A program made the position numbers and the translations under genes. Source: Neoconidiobolus thromboides FSU 785 (Eukaryota > Fungi > Entomophthoromycota). Taken from it: 49,186 bases of DNA. The notes under the pieces were generated by a model. The model ran no database searches. It worked only from the letters and a program-made list of their open reading frames with translations, and was not told the DNA's origin. This document shows, in pieces, positions 1 to 11,469 of the stretch (positions are counted from its first letter, which is position 1; each line of letters opens with the position of its first letter). Where the stretch lies: positions 1 through 49,186 of the forward strand of contig MU626405.1 in NCBI GenBank assembly GCA_025603075.1, written 5' to 3'.

Positions 1-95
1 GGATGTTTTTTTGACTTCACTTTTTCCATCTTTTAAGCACTATTTGAGCGGAAAAATTGCTAGTAAAATTCTTATACAAAAATACATTCTCATAT
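1..95 (+). mobile_element. MITE copy 1 (left end truncated by window)
   Basis: Matches family consensus GGGAGTGTTTTTTTGACTTCATTATTTTTTCCATTTTTTAAGCACTATTTGAGTGGAAAATTTGTTAGTAAAATTCTTAAACACAAAAATACATCCCC; ends CATTCTC-ATAT. Confidence 0.85.
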
Positions 96-282
96 TATAC
101 AATAAAATATGAAATTTTGTACGATATTTTCATATTTAAAAACAGAGTTAGTTTGAGTATAAATAAAATAAATAAAGATTTTTTTACAGCATACTTTATC
201 AAAAAATTCAAAGGCGCTATATTTTATCATCTATAAAAATGAGTATTTGATTAGAATAAAATTAAAATGATTAATAAACTAG

Positions 283-388
283 ATATAGGAGTGTTTTTTT
301 TGACTTCATTACTTTTTCATTTTTTAAGCACTATTTGAATGGAAAATTTATTAGTAAAATTCTTGAACACAAAAATACATCCCCATAT
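283..388 (+). mobile_element. MITE copy 2
   Basis: ATAT-AGGAGTG...CATCCCC-ATAT; full consensus body. Confidence 0.9.
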
Positions 389-3264
389 TCTAAAATATGG
401 AATTTGACGAAATGAAAAATCAGAAAATAATTAAATTTTATTTTTATTTTTTACCCTATAAACAACTTAAAAGTAGATACTTTTTCATACTATCGGTGAT
501 ACTATTATCAATAGCAATAAGGAAACATCCTTTTTAAATTTAAATCTTTACTTATCATTTTAGTATCAAAGATCAATTTTAATCTTTATGCTCAATTTGC
601 CTTTTTTGTAAGAATCAAAGTTGGAATAAAGTTGAACCTTAGGCTTAAATTAACTCATATTCAATATATTTAAAATTTTGAGAGAACTCTAGACTCTCAG
701 TGCTTTAGTATTCGAGGAATTTTTATAATGCCTTTCTGTTAAGATTTTTTGAAACAAATGTATTTTTTATCTACTATAACAAATTTAGATAATCTAGGTG
801 CTATTTAGAATGAATTTGTTATATTTATGATAATATAATATGCTTTTTATTTTCAATGTTTTTATTTCAAAGCCTGAAATTTGAGTAAGCCATGAAAATA
901 GAAATCATAATAGAAATTTAAACAGTGCGCTATAAAGTCCAAAAAAAAAAATTCTTTTTAAGGGTATACTACAACACAATAATAAAAAAACAACACTTAA
1001 AGCTTCAGAACAATCCTAGTAATTTTGTAAATCGATGGAATAAAATACTGCTTTATGAATACTTATCAATCCTATTAAAAATTAATCGATAAAGTAGAAA
1101 TTTTAAAAAAAGTGATTCCTTGTTTCATGCAAAAAGTGACTTGTAAAGCACTCAAATTGAGTAAATAACTCAGATACATTCCTGTACACTAGTTTTAAAC
1201 TTTTTTGTATCAGCGTTGGAGTTCGTTAGAATCCTATTATAACGTTGATCGAATATTAAACAGTGGTTGATTATTTATTATGATATTAAACAATTGTATA
1301 AATTAACTAAAATAATTTTTTTCCCAAATATGAAATAAATTGAATTAAGTTTTGGAAAACAAAAATCAGGAAATATAGAATAAAATCGCTAAAATGTTTT
1401 AATTAAATTCTACCGAAGTCATGAATATGCTTCAAGTCATGGAATATATTTTTATTCATACATTCTTTATATGTATTATCGGGATAGGTATACTTCTATA
1501 CCTTTTCTCTGATGTGAGTCCTTCTACACTGTACGTCAATTCGACTTTTGCAATAAAAGTGAGCCAGTGAAGTTAATACCAACATGTCAATCAATAGTAG
1601 ATAGTATTTGGGAATATAAAGCAAAACAAGAATAGTATACTAATTCAATTTTATTTTATTAGAATATTCTAAGAGTATAGTAATTATATTAAAGTACATT
1701 TGATGTGTAACTTGTAAATATTTTTATCTAACGAATAAAACTTTATTTAGAAGTTGTTTTGATTTCTAACCAAATAATAATTAATAACGTTTTGCTTCAT
1801 AGTAGATTATTGATTTCATAAATTGAAGTATACTGATAAATAATAGCCTTTTTATATCATACAAAGAACGCTATACCCCTTTAATTTTATTTGACTCATA
1901 AATAAGATAGGTAAATATCGTTACTAATAAAGTAAAAGGTAATAGGAGTAACTATTAATAATATTGTTGAGTGACGTCTGAGACTAATTAAGCATTTATT
2001 AAATACACTAAGTATAAATGAGATCATATCAAAAGGAAGAGTAATAATATGAAATAACATATTAGATCATTAAGAAAATCATACTTGAAGATTTTATTTT
2101 TATCATGATAAATATCACTGTTTAATAAAGCTTCAATTTTGTAAGGTTAGTAAAATGAGGCAACATAAAATTTTATCAGGTTAAAATTTAAGAAAAATTG
2201 AACCGTCAAGTAAGTACCCCAATAAAATTAAACATCACTTGTTATAGCCAAAAATGAACCTTATAGATAAAGTTAAAGGTAGAATTTGGCTAAACGGATG
2301 ATTCAATACAAATAGACTTTTAATTAATAATGTTGCACTTATTCTGTGTACCCAGTATCATTTAAATATTCAAGGCACCCAAAAATTGGGCTTAAAAAAC
2401 ATTAAACATACTTTAATATTGGGTAAATACAAGTTTACTTCCCTTATTTTATTATTAATCAAACCCCTTGTTTTTGCCCAAAACTAGCCGTTGTCAAATT
2501 AGAAACAAAACTAATTCATTTTATCCCTTAGTAAATGAATTCATCGATGAAATAACCCTAAATTTATTTTATTCTCTTAATTATGACTTCATTAAATTCA
2601 TTTTTTTAACATTTCAAACAGATTTTGGTTAAAAATAGCTTGAAATAGGCTTATTATTCAAATTGTTGAGGTTATATTATTAAAACAAGATGAAAACTTT
2701 TGTGCAAATATTTTGTTTGATTGTAATAAAATCTAAATCTTTTTAAAATATTTTAAATAAATATTTTAATTATGATCCAATTAAACTAAATTTATTATAA
2801 TATAATGAATTAATATAATACTAATCTTATTACAAAACCTTATCTAATTATACCTTGAGAGGTGCTATTAAAATAACTTTCTTTATTTAATGCTAATTTG
2901 CATTGAACTTGGCTGCAATTTTATTATTTACTCAATAGTCATTGATTTTTATCTAACCCAATCAGTAGCCTTTATCAATAAATTATCTCATAATCTTCAT
3001 CATGATTGGACTAAAAAGGTACCTTTGCAATTTTTCCGGGTTTAAATTACTTAAAGTGATTTAAAATGGACTACCAAAAAAGGAATACCATCATTATGCT
3101 TGGGCAAATATATCATTACCATCATCTTAAAAAGTTTTTTATCTCAAAAGTTGAATTCATTAATAATTGAGCTTCGTTTTTTATCTGTTTATTTAAATCG
3201 TTTAATTTAATACTGTTTATTTTTTAATATAATATTTTGGTTTCGTTTATATCATTCAACTTTA

Positions 3265-4265
3265 ATGAGTAGAATACTTGTTAAACACGATGTTATCACT
3301 CCCACAAAGGAGATCGATCACTACTTTTCACTTCCAAAAGCATCGGGTAATTCAACGCCTTCGATAAAAAGTACTCAAGAGTGTTTAGCTCTTCGTGAGG
3401 TAGATTGTGAAACTTTTCCACCTGAAAAATACAATCACAACCCATTAAGTGAAGAAGAGTTATATGTCTATAAAGCGGAAATGGAAAGTTATTTACAACA
3501 AGGAAATATGAATTATTATAATAACAATATTGACCAAGCACTTCAGTGCTACCGTCAGGCTGTAATGCTTAACAATCAAGTTGGAAAATTCCTTCATAAA
3601 GATAGGGAAAAGTTTTTAAAATCGTGTTATCGTACTCCATCTAATAGCCATGGATTAACCCTAGCTACTAAAACACATACACCTTTGTTTGATAGAAATT
3701 ACGATGCGTACCCTCTGAAAAATCATTTTGAAATGCTAGATAGGCAAAATTCAATATTTTGGGATTGCATTGCTGCATGTTACATTATTCAAGTATGTTT
3801 AATTTATTGTTTATAAATCAATGATATTTATTTTATTTTATTTTATAGAATAAGTTTGAAGATTGTATAGATGCTTGTACTACGGCTTTGGATTTAACAC
3901 CAGGTTATAGTAAAGTACGTTTACGCAGGGCACAAGCCAATATTTCGATTGTTCTGCAGGGCGAACAAAATTTGAATCAATATGTTAACACCCCGTTGCA
4001 CCTTGATGAAGCTATTGAAGGTAAGTTTGTATTATACATTCTTTATGAAACATGAGCTTATACTCATTTAGATTTATCCTACTTAATGGTTCATGATGTT
4101 GATTATCGTAGCGATCTTGTTCGACATGAGTATATAGCTGCAAAAGAGAAATTAAAAAGTTTATTAGAAAAAAGAAATCGAGAAGATTTCACTAAAAAAA
4201 CTGAAAAATCAGTGCCCAAACTTAATTTAAAGCTTTATATACATCAAGAAAATAACAAACAATAA
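3265..4265 (+). CDS. TPR-repeat protein (3 exons, ~297 aa)
   Basis: Exons 3265-3792, 3849-4020, 4072-4265 joined by GT-AG introns give one open frame. TPR-like helices: GNMNYYNNNIDQALQCYRQAV and IAACYIIQNKFEDCIDACTTALDLTPGYSKVRLRRAQA. Confidence 0.7.
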
Positions 4266-5718
4266 TATCTTTATTGAAGTTTAACTTATAATGAGAAACT
4301 TTTAACGATAGTATGTTTTTGTATATAAGTTTTAAACCCTTTTAGTTCTTCCGCCTTAATTTTAATTTTATATTACTTCATGTATACCTTATATTATTTT
4401 TGATATTATAAATAGTATCAATATCAATCATACCGATTCCAATGAACATGATTCATTTAATTTAGTTAGTAATGCCTCGTTTAGGAACGTTTTTTTTATT
4501 AATATAATATGATTCGCAAAAGTGTGTTTGTTTTTATTCCTTAGTAGAGCTCGATCTTAACCTTTTATTTTACAATAATGGAGTTATAATAAAAATGTAT
4601 CAATTATGATTGAGTTTTATTTTTCGATTTGCCTCTTTTTCTCCTCATTTAGTTACTCTATACTTTTTTGGAGTGAATTTATCAATAATAAGCTGGTTCC
4701 TAGAGTTTATTAAGAGAATAATTTTTAATGTTTACCCGTTGCCTGAAGTTAAGTAGTACACCTCTTTACTTGTAACAGCTTCTACAGTATTTTCAAATAA
4801 ATTTAATGTTTTAATATGCATGTATACACATAATATTAATTTTGTATAGTAAATTGTAAGGTAAGTATTATTATATGGTATGAATATTATTTAATTATAA
4901 CTGTTTTACCAGGAATTATTAAATTTTTTTAAGTAAATCAGAAGATTTATATAAAAATAAAGATTTTGAAAAAGAAAATATTATTTAAAGAACTTTTATA
5001 ACATGATTTAATTTAATATTTGCAATAAATAAATAAATATGGATAGTATTCTAATATGCAAACTGTTTTTAAACAAAGACCATTAACAAAAGAGTGGTAG
5101 TAACAATGATAACAAAATTTTATTAATTTAAATAATTTTAATATTAAAAAACGCAACTCAAAACGAGTTAATTCTTTATTTTCCGTTCAAAAATGGGATA
5201 AATCAGAGCATAAATAAGTAAATAAATAACTTATTTTACGTTTTAAAGCAAGAAATTAGCTTGTTTTGATAGTCTTTAATTAACATAATAGACACCCAAA
5301 TTTAATATGGCTTAAACCAGAGGGAGGCTTAAATTCTTAAAAAATAAAGTTAGACATTAGCTAGGGATTAATTTGAATTGAGTCTTTTTCTTTAAAACTC
5401 GAAATAAGTCTAGTTTTTAAAATTAAATATATAAATTGAAGTTGATTGAGTCACAATAAAATTCTGTAACCTTTTTTTTGCAATAGTTAAGTCATCAGAT
5501 TAAAAACAAATAAATTGTGGATGGCTCTTGTTTTACATTGGACTTTTTTTAAACAATATAAAACAGAGGTTTATTTTAATACACTTTTTTTGTGAATACA
5601 TTTAAAGGGACACTCAAAAGATAAGGGATGTTACTTTAGATATGTAAAGCTATAAGATAATATAGATAAATTTATCAATTATATTAGCAATGGTTTTTAG
5701 CTTGATACAAACTAAGCT

Positions 5719-5822
5719 ATATGGGACTGTTTTTTTTGGTTTCATTATTTTTCCATTTTTTAAGCGCTATTTGACTGGAAAACTGTTGGTAAAATTATTA
5801 ATAGAAAAATCCATCGCCATAT
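5719..5822 (+). mobile_element. MITE copy 3 (head-to-tail with copy 4)
   Basis: ATAT-GGGACTG...CATCGCC-ATAT; the right ATAT is shared with copy 4. Confidence 0.9.
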
Positions 5823-5925
5823 GGAAGTGTTTTTTTTGACCTGATTATTTTTTCCATTTTTTAAGTGCTATTTGAGCGAAAAATTTATTAGTAAAACTCT
5901 TAAACACAAAAATACATCCCCATAT
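5819..5925 (+). mobile_element. MITE copy 4
   Basis: ATAT-GGAAGTG...CATCCCC-ATAT. Confidence 0.9.
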
Positions 5926-6172
5926 AGTGATTATAAGATTTATCCCAAGACTCAAAAAAACTCCTAGTCATTATTATATTTTTATATATAATAGAAATAA
6001 ATTAAATTAAAGGCTTAAAACATCTAATATTTTGATATTATGTAAAGTATAGGCATTGTCTATTATATCTGATAAAACAAATATTGCTTAAGTTATCCAA
6101 ATAATTTTTAAATTTAAATTTTATATTCTTTAATGGTAAATTATTTATCTAATTTATAGGATGATAGCAAAC

Positions 6173-6279
6173 ATATGGGAGTGTCTTTTTTGACTTCATT
6201 ATTTTTTCCATTTTTTAAGTGCTATTTAAGTGGAAATTTTGTTAGTAAGATTCTTAAATACAAAAATACACCCCCATAT
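6173..6279 (+). mobile_element. MITE copy 5
   Basis: ATAT-GGGAGTG...CACCCCC-ATAT. Confidence 0.9.
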
Positions 6280-6619
6280 GGATTTTAAAGTAGTCAATTA
6301 AACATTATGTTTCTCATTATACAGTATACTAAAAAACATATCGCAAAAAACGTTTAACTATACAAAAAATATCTATACATACTTACTACCATTTAAATCG
6401 AAAATCATAATAGTTTGGAAGAGTAGGTCAAAAGTCTGTAAAATGAAGGGGTTAAAGAGAGGCTGGAAATTTTTTTAACAATTCAACTCTGTATGTGTTC
6501 TAAATAAGCTATATACAAACATTTGTATTCATCAGATTACTCCTTCTTAAGATATGGTTGAAGGAAGTAGCTATTACTAACAAAACATTTGTTAACAATT
6601 TGACTCTTGTCCTAATAAA

Positions 6620-6718
6620 AAATGGGGATGTATTTTTTAAGAATTTATTAAAACCTTTCCACTCAAATAACGCTTGAAAAATGGAAAAAATAATGAAGCC
6701 AAAAAAACATCCCCAAAT
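6620..6718 (-). mobile_element. MITE copy 6
   Basis: Reverse orientation; AAAT-GGGGATG...CATCCCC-AAAT, a non-palindromic direct 4-bp duplication. Confidence 0.9.
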
Positions 6719-8139
6719 GTTATAATGAATTACAGTGAAGTTTTGATTATATTTCAATAACGAATATTTAATTAATATTGAATTCGAAAATATAAATCAA
6801 TAGACTATACAATAAATTTGTATGAAAAAACACAAACGCTACAATTTCTACTACGTAATAACTTTGCTATACTTCTTAGGGAAGCCCTTCTAAAAGCTGT
6901 AATGTTTTTTCTTTATATTTCAAAAAGTAATAATTTAATTGATTCAAAATTTTGTTTACATATTAACAATACTCTGTATAATAAATCCAAAAAAATCTTA
7001 CTTCCAAGCACTTTTGATTTACTTTATATAACACAAAACTATTAAATAAAGTTTCTATAAGTGAGAATTGTATTTATTTATTTTATTACGTTAGGAAGTA
7101 TAGCTAAAGCTACAAAATGCCTTGAGCATTAACAAATTTAATGTCTAATGTAAAGTATTTGCTATGTTACTATCGAATCAAAATAGTCGAATAGAAGATG
7201 GTTTTAGAAAGGCAAGGAATAATTCATTCCAGCCCTGCCTAACGTTAGTCCCACTTTCCTAAATATCAAAATAAGTTTGTATAAAACTGAATTTGAAGCA
7301 CCCAGACGTATCTTATCCAGATCTGAAGCAGGTAGTTGTAAATTTAAATATTTTTCTTCAATTGGGTAATTAATTTCTTCCTCTCTCCTACTCCTTGTAT
7401 ATCTTTCTTCACCCTAAACTTCCTTTCACCTAAATTTCATTTTACTCACTTTTACTTTCAACAATAACACAGCACCTGGGACTTTTCACCCTTTTAAGGT
7501 TTAAAATAAAGTACTTGGATATTATAGATTTAGTCTAAACGGGGGTAATTTTTTTAGTATGTCATTCATTTGTTTAAAATCTTTAATGATAGTAAATTTT
7601 ATCAATACAATTGTAGTTTTAAATAAAAATATGGTAAGTTAAAAATTTAATATCGTTTAAATTAAATCTATAATAGTAATTTTCATTAATAAACCAAAAT
7701 TAAACTTTAAATGGGAATTTTTAAAAAATGAGCTGCTTTTCAATTATTGTATATAATCTGATGCACTTAATTTTGAGTCTAATATTTTGAGCTATAGCTT
7801 GAAATCCTAGACTCTAATTTTAACTCCTAAATTTTACATAAACTTCGTCCTAACCTATTAACTAATCTTAACTAGATAATTTTTATAGTCTTTTGGTTTT
7901 TCTTAACTTTTCTAAATTTTTATTTTGTAGTAAATTGGTTTAAACATAAGAGCATAGGTTGACTTGATATCAAATTAGCTTGATTCTTCACAATGATGCG
8001 AAAGTTTAGGGGTAAAATATTGATTCTAAATTATTTAGATCAACCCATCAATTTTAAATCCTTTCTTTTTTATTTATTCAAATTTTATAAATGCCCCCAG
8101 CGGTCAAAAACAGCCATAAATAACTGTTTAAAACCTAAT

Positions 8140-10560
8140 GGGAAGCAAACATGTAAAAGGAATATGTAATAATTCAACATAGTCGGATAGTGTGATAGAA
8201 ATTTCAGATGATGAATCTGATGAAGAAAATTACGATCACATATAGTCAGGTAATATGGTAGAAATTTCTGATGAAAATCTGTAGAATAAAATCATGAGCA
8301 AATACAATCAAATATCTTTGCAAGAACTAAAAAACTTATAGCGTGTATTTAAAGATGAGCCTACAAAAGAGATTTATGGGCCAGAAACTGGAGATGATCT
8401 AACAAGGTTCATAAATGATGAATGGCGCACAACTGAAGCATGTTATTTAAAAATGCTTGATCTCTGGAATAATACTTACAGTGGATAGGATGAATATTAT
8501 TTAAACATAGCTAATGTAGATAAATTGGATCATTTAAATAGAATTAAAAAATTCAACCCAATTGTTGTTATTACCAGGAAGCAATTGTCGAAATTCAGCC
8601 CATTTATGTTTTATATTGATAGGATTATTGTATATTTAGAAATCCAACTACCAAATTATCTGAAAGGAAATTAAAAGCGCTTCTAATATTCACATTATTT
8701 AGCTTTGAGCTTATCTATAATGATGATTCTGGATGTGATACAAATGAAATTCAATACTTCGTTGCACCAACTAAAACCAATAAGGATATGGATGGTTTAA
8801 TCGATTGGAATGCAATAAATAAAGAACTAATCCGCCTAGGTGCCCTGACTTTAGTTAACATAGAGGGTTGATAGTTTATAATCTAGCATATAATCACGTA
8901 ATATACAAATTGAAGGGAACTAGGTATGGTCTTACTACAAGTTGAATAATACCTACAGGTAGTTGTATGGAAGGAAGTAAATATATGTCGTTTGATGGAT
9001 ACTATAGAATAGAGTTAAGCTGTGTAGTTATGGATTCAGATTGACATATATTAAAAGGAGAAAAAATAAATGTTGGGCTTGATTATTTAACTCAATACTC
9101 TAATCAAACAATAAGGTAAGTCGGTAATGGTGTAACTTATTTATTAGAGGAGTCCGTGTTGGTATATACATTATCTTCTACTTTATTTAACTTTACGACG
9201 TTACTGCCTTCCTTAATATCAAGATCAGATACCTTGGTTTCAATAAGGGAAGTTGAAGTCAAACTTCAATTGCCTAAAATATTTGATGAATGTCTACTTG
9301 AAGCATTAATATTACTATCAAGTAATAGATCAATGAGCTATAATAGATTTGTATTTTCTAGAGATGCTTTTTTTTAAATTTGATTCCTTTCATATACGCC
9401 TTTTTAAACTTTCTAGTTTCTTATGGTAATCAGATGAAATGTTGTTTTAAAACGCATAGTGATGGAAACTTATTTGAACTTCATGAGAATTTAATACTGT
9501 ATTTGTATTTCTTTCTCTATGATTTTTTTGAAGTAAATTGGTGCCCCTTTATTCTAGAAGTACAAAAAAATCTAATATTTCAAAGATTACATTTAGAATT
9601 GATAGTGAAATATTAGCAAATGTTATCGAGGCTATCCTGGCAGCTTCTTTACTATCCAGTGAAGAAGAATTAGGAATAAAATACACCTAGGTATCAGGCA
9701 TAATACCAATTGGTTATGGAAATCGAGGTATCATAAAAAATCATCTAATTTTCCGAGACGGTATTGAAAGGGCTGAAATGCTAGTTGATTTTGACATTGA
9801 CCATGTCCAATCTGTAATCGGTTATCAATTTTAATTTCCAATATTTTTAGTTGAAGCCTTTGATTTTAATAATGATACTCACCCATTTATTTTGTTATCA
9901 ACAACTTGAATTTTTAGGAACCTTGGCTTTATTTTGCTCTATTGTATCTTATGTTTTTTTTGATTTCCTAGATGAACAACCTGGTATCCTTACTAACATT
10001 AAAGATATATTTACATTAGAAAGTACTTTAGATTCAATAATAATATCTCTGAATCTTTATGAACTTGTTATTCTTGATCCTAATACTTTGATAAAAGGCA
10101 TTGGAGACTATATTAATATTTTCGAAAGGTTGAGGGATTGTAATAAAAGAAATGATCTTTTAAATTATTTTTATAATGACAGATCATTACAGCGTGCTAG
10201 TTCTGTATTAATAACAATTTTTGGAACTGTGCTTATTAACTCAAAATTTAATTTGGATGGAGTACAATATATATTTAATGAAGCCGTCAAGTTTGCTTAT
10301 GATCACTATTTTAAGTTAGATCATATCACTAAAAATCCAGAGATCCAACTTGATATATATATAAAAGTAAACAGATGTGCAAAGCTAAGTTATTTTTATA
10401 GACATACTATAAATACAGGAGGTATATAAACATTGATTTGTGGTATTAAGGCTCACAGCTATTTGTTTACAAGTGGAGAAGGCTATAAAATTATTAATTG
10501 AGAGGATTAACGCAGGATTAATATCACCTGAAAGGCTATAGACTTATCGCATTGAGGTTA
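8140..10560 (+). pseudogene. Decayed Dicer-like (RNase III family) gene
   Basis: Collinear fragments broken by stops and frameshifts. Platform-like: QYFVAPTK..GLIDWNAI (~8750-8820). RNase IIIa: LLEALILLSSNRSMSYNRFVFSRDAFF (~9290-9375) and DSEILANVIEAILAAS (~9600-9650). RNase IIIb: VIGYQF*FPIFLVEAF, CYQQLEFLGTLAL and SVLITIFGTVLINSKFNLD (9810-10260). dsRBD-like: HSYLFTSGEGYK (~10450-10490). Confidence 0.8.
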
Positions 10561-11136
10561 ACCTAAGGAAAAAAGTTATAGAGTAAAGTTTACAATCAAA
10601 GAAAGTTTATTAGGCATCTAATTTTTACCGTATTTGCTATCAATTTATATACTAATAATAAATTTTGTATGGCCATATTTATTGAGTAAGTTTTAAGTAA
10701 ATCACACTATCGAAGTAGTAGTACTATAGCTAAATCAAAATGTTTCGTCAAATTTTATTGTCAAAAACATCTTTGCCATTGAATTTTCCAAATCTATGAT
10801 ACTTTAAAGTTTATCCTAATATTCATTATTTTAGCATAAAAATAATTAATTTTTCAGTAGTGAATCGGTAATCAGAAGTCCTAGTTTTAGTTAATTCCAT
10901 TTTAATAGCGTTAACAATTTAATGAAAGTAAACTTTGGAGTGTCTTTTTTGCTCTAGCACTGTGCTTATTTTCTATACAATATAAAATTTTGAAAAAAGG
11001 ATAATATGCTGAAATAGAAAAAAATACTTTTATAAGTTAGTCACTAGACGCACACGCTGGAACCCTATAAAAAGCTAGGTTTTCAATTAAAAGCCTAACT
11101 GGATAGCTGTTTGGAAAAAGAATGGCTGAATAGATT

Positions 11137-11241
11137 ATATGGGGATGTATTTTTATGTTGAAGAATTTTACTAACAAATTTTCCGCTCAAATAGCCTTTA
11201 AGAAATGGAAAAAGTAATGAAACCAAAAAAAAAATACATAT
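11137..11241 (-). mobile_element. MITE copy 7 (left arm of an inverted pair)
   Basis: ATAT-GGGGATG... in reverse orientation; inner TIR shortened (AAAAATAC-ATAT). Confidence 0.9.
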
Positions 11242-11343
11242 GAGAGTGTTTTTTTAACTTCATTATTTTTTCCATTTCTTAAAGGCTATTTGAGCGGAAA
11301 ATTTGTTAGTAAAATTCTTCAACATAAAAATACATCCACATAT
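11238..11343 (+). mobile_element. MITE copy 8 (right arm of an inverted pair)
   Basis: ATAT-GAGAGTG...CATCCAC-ATAT; shares the central ATAT with copy 7. Confidence 0.9.
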
Positions 11344-11469
11344 GCTTAAAAGTTCAAAATTTATTAAAAGAGAGCTTTTTAAAAAAAATGGGAATTTCTA
11401 AATTAGTTAATTAAATTAATATTTTATTTAATAAATAAATAAATAGCATTATAATAAACTGGATACTAG

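Noticed and set aside
6509-6757. 82-aa minus-strand ORF
   Set aside because: Runs through MITE copy 6; its F/K/I-rich translation is a by-product of the repeat.
540-8060. Weak similarities among intergenic stretches (~540-700, ~7780-8050, also ~20640-20760 and ~47760-47920) suggesting a second old repeat
   Set aside because: Only 9-15-bp matches in very AT-rich DNA; cannot be separated from chance without a computed alignment.
9851-10429. 192-aa ORF as a standalone functional protein
   Set aside because: It is the RNase IIIb fragment of the Dicer relic, entered through a frameshift from a TTG start; catalytic residues are missing.
10936-10955. GGAGTGTCTTTTTTG resembling a MITE left TIR
   Set aside because: No element body or partner TIR follows; at most a tiny remnant.
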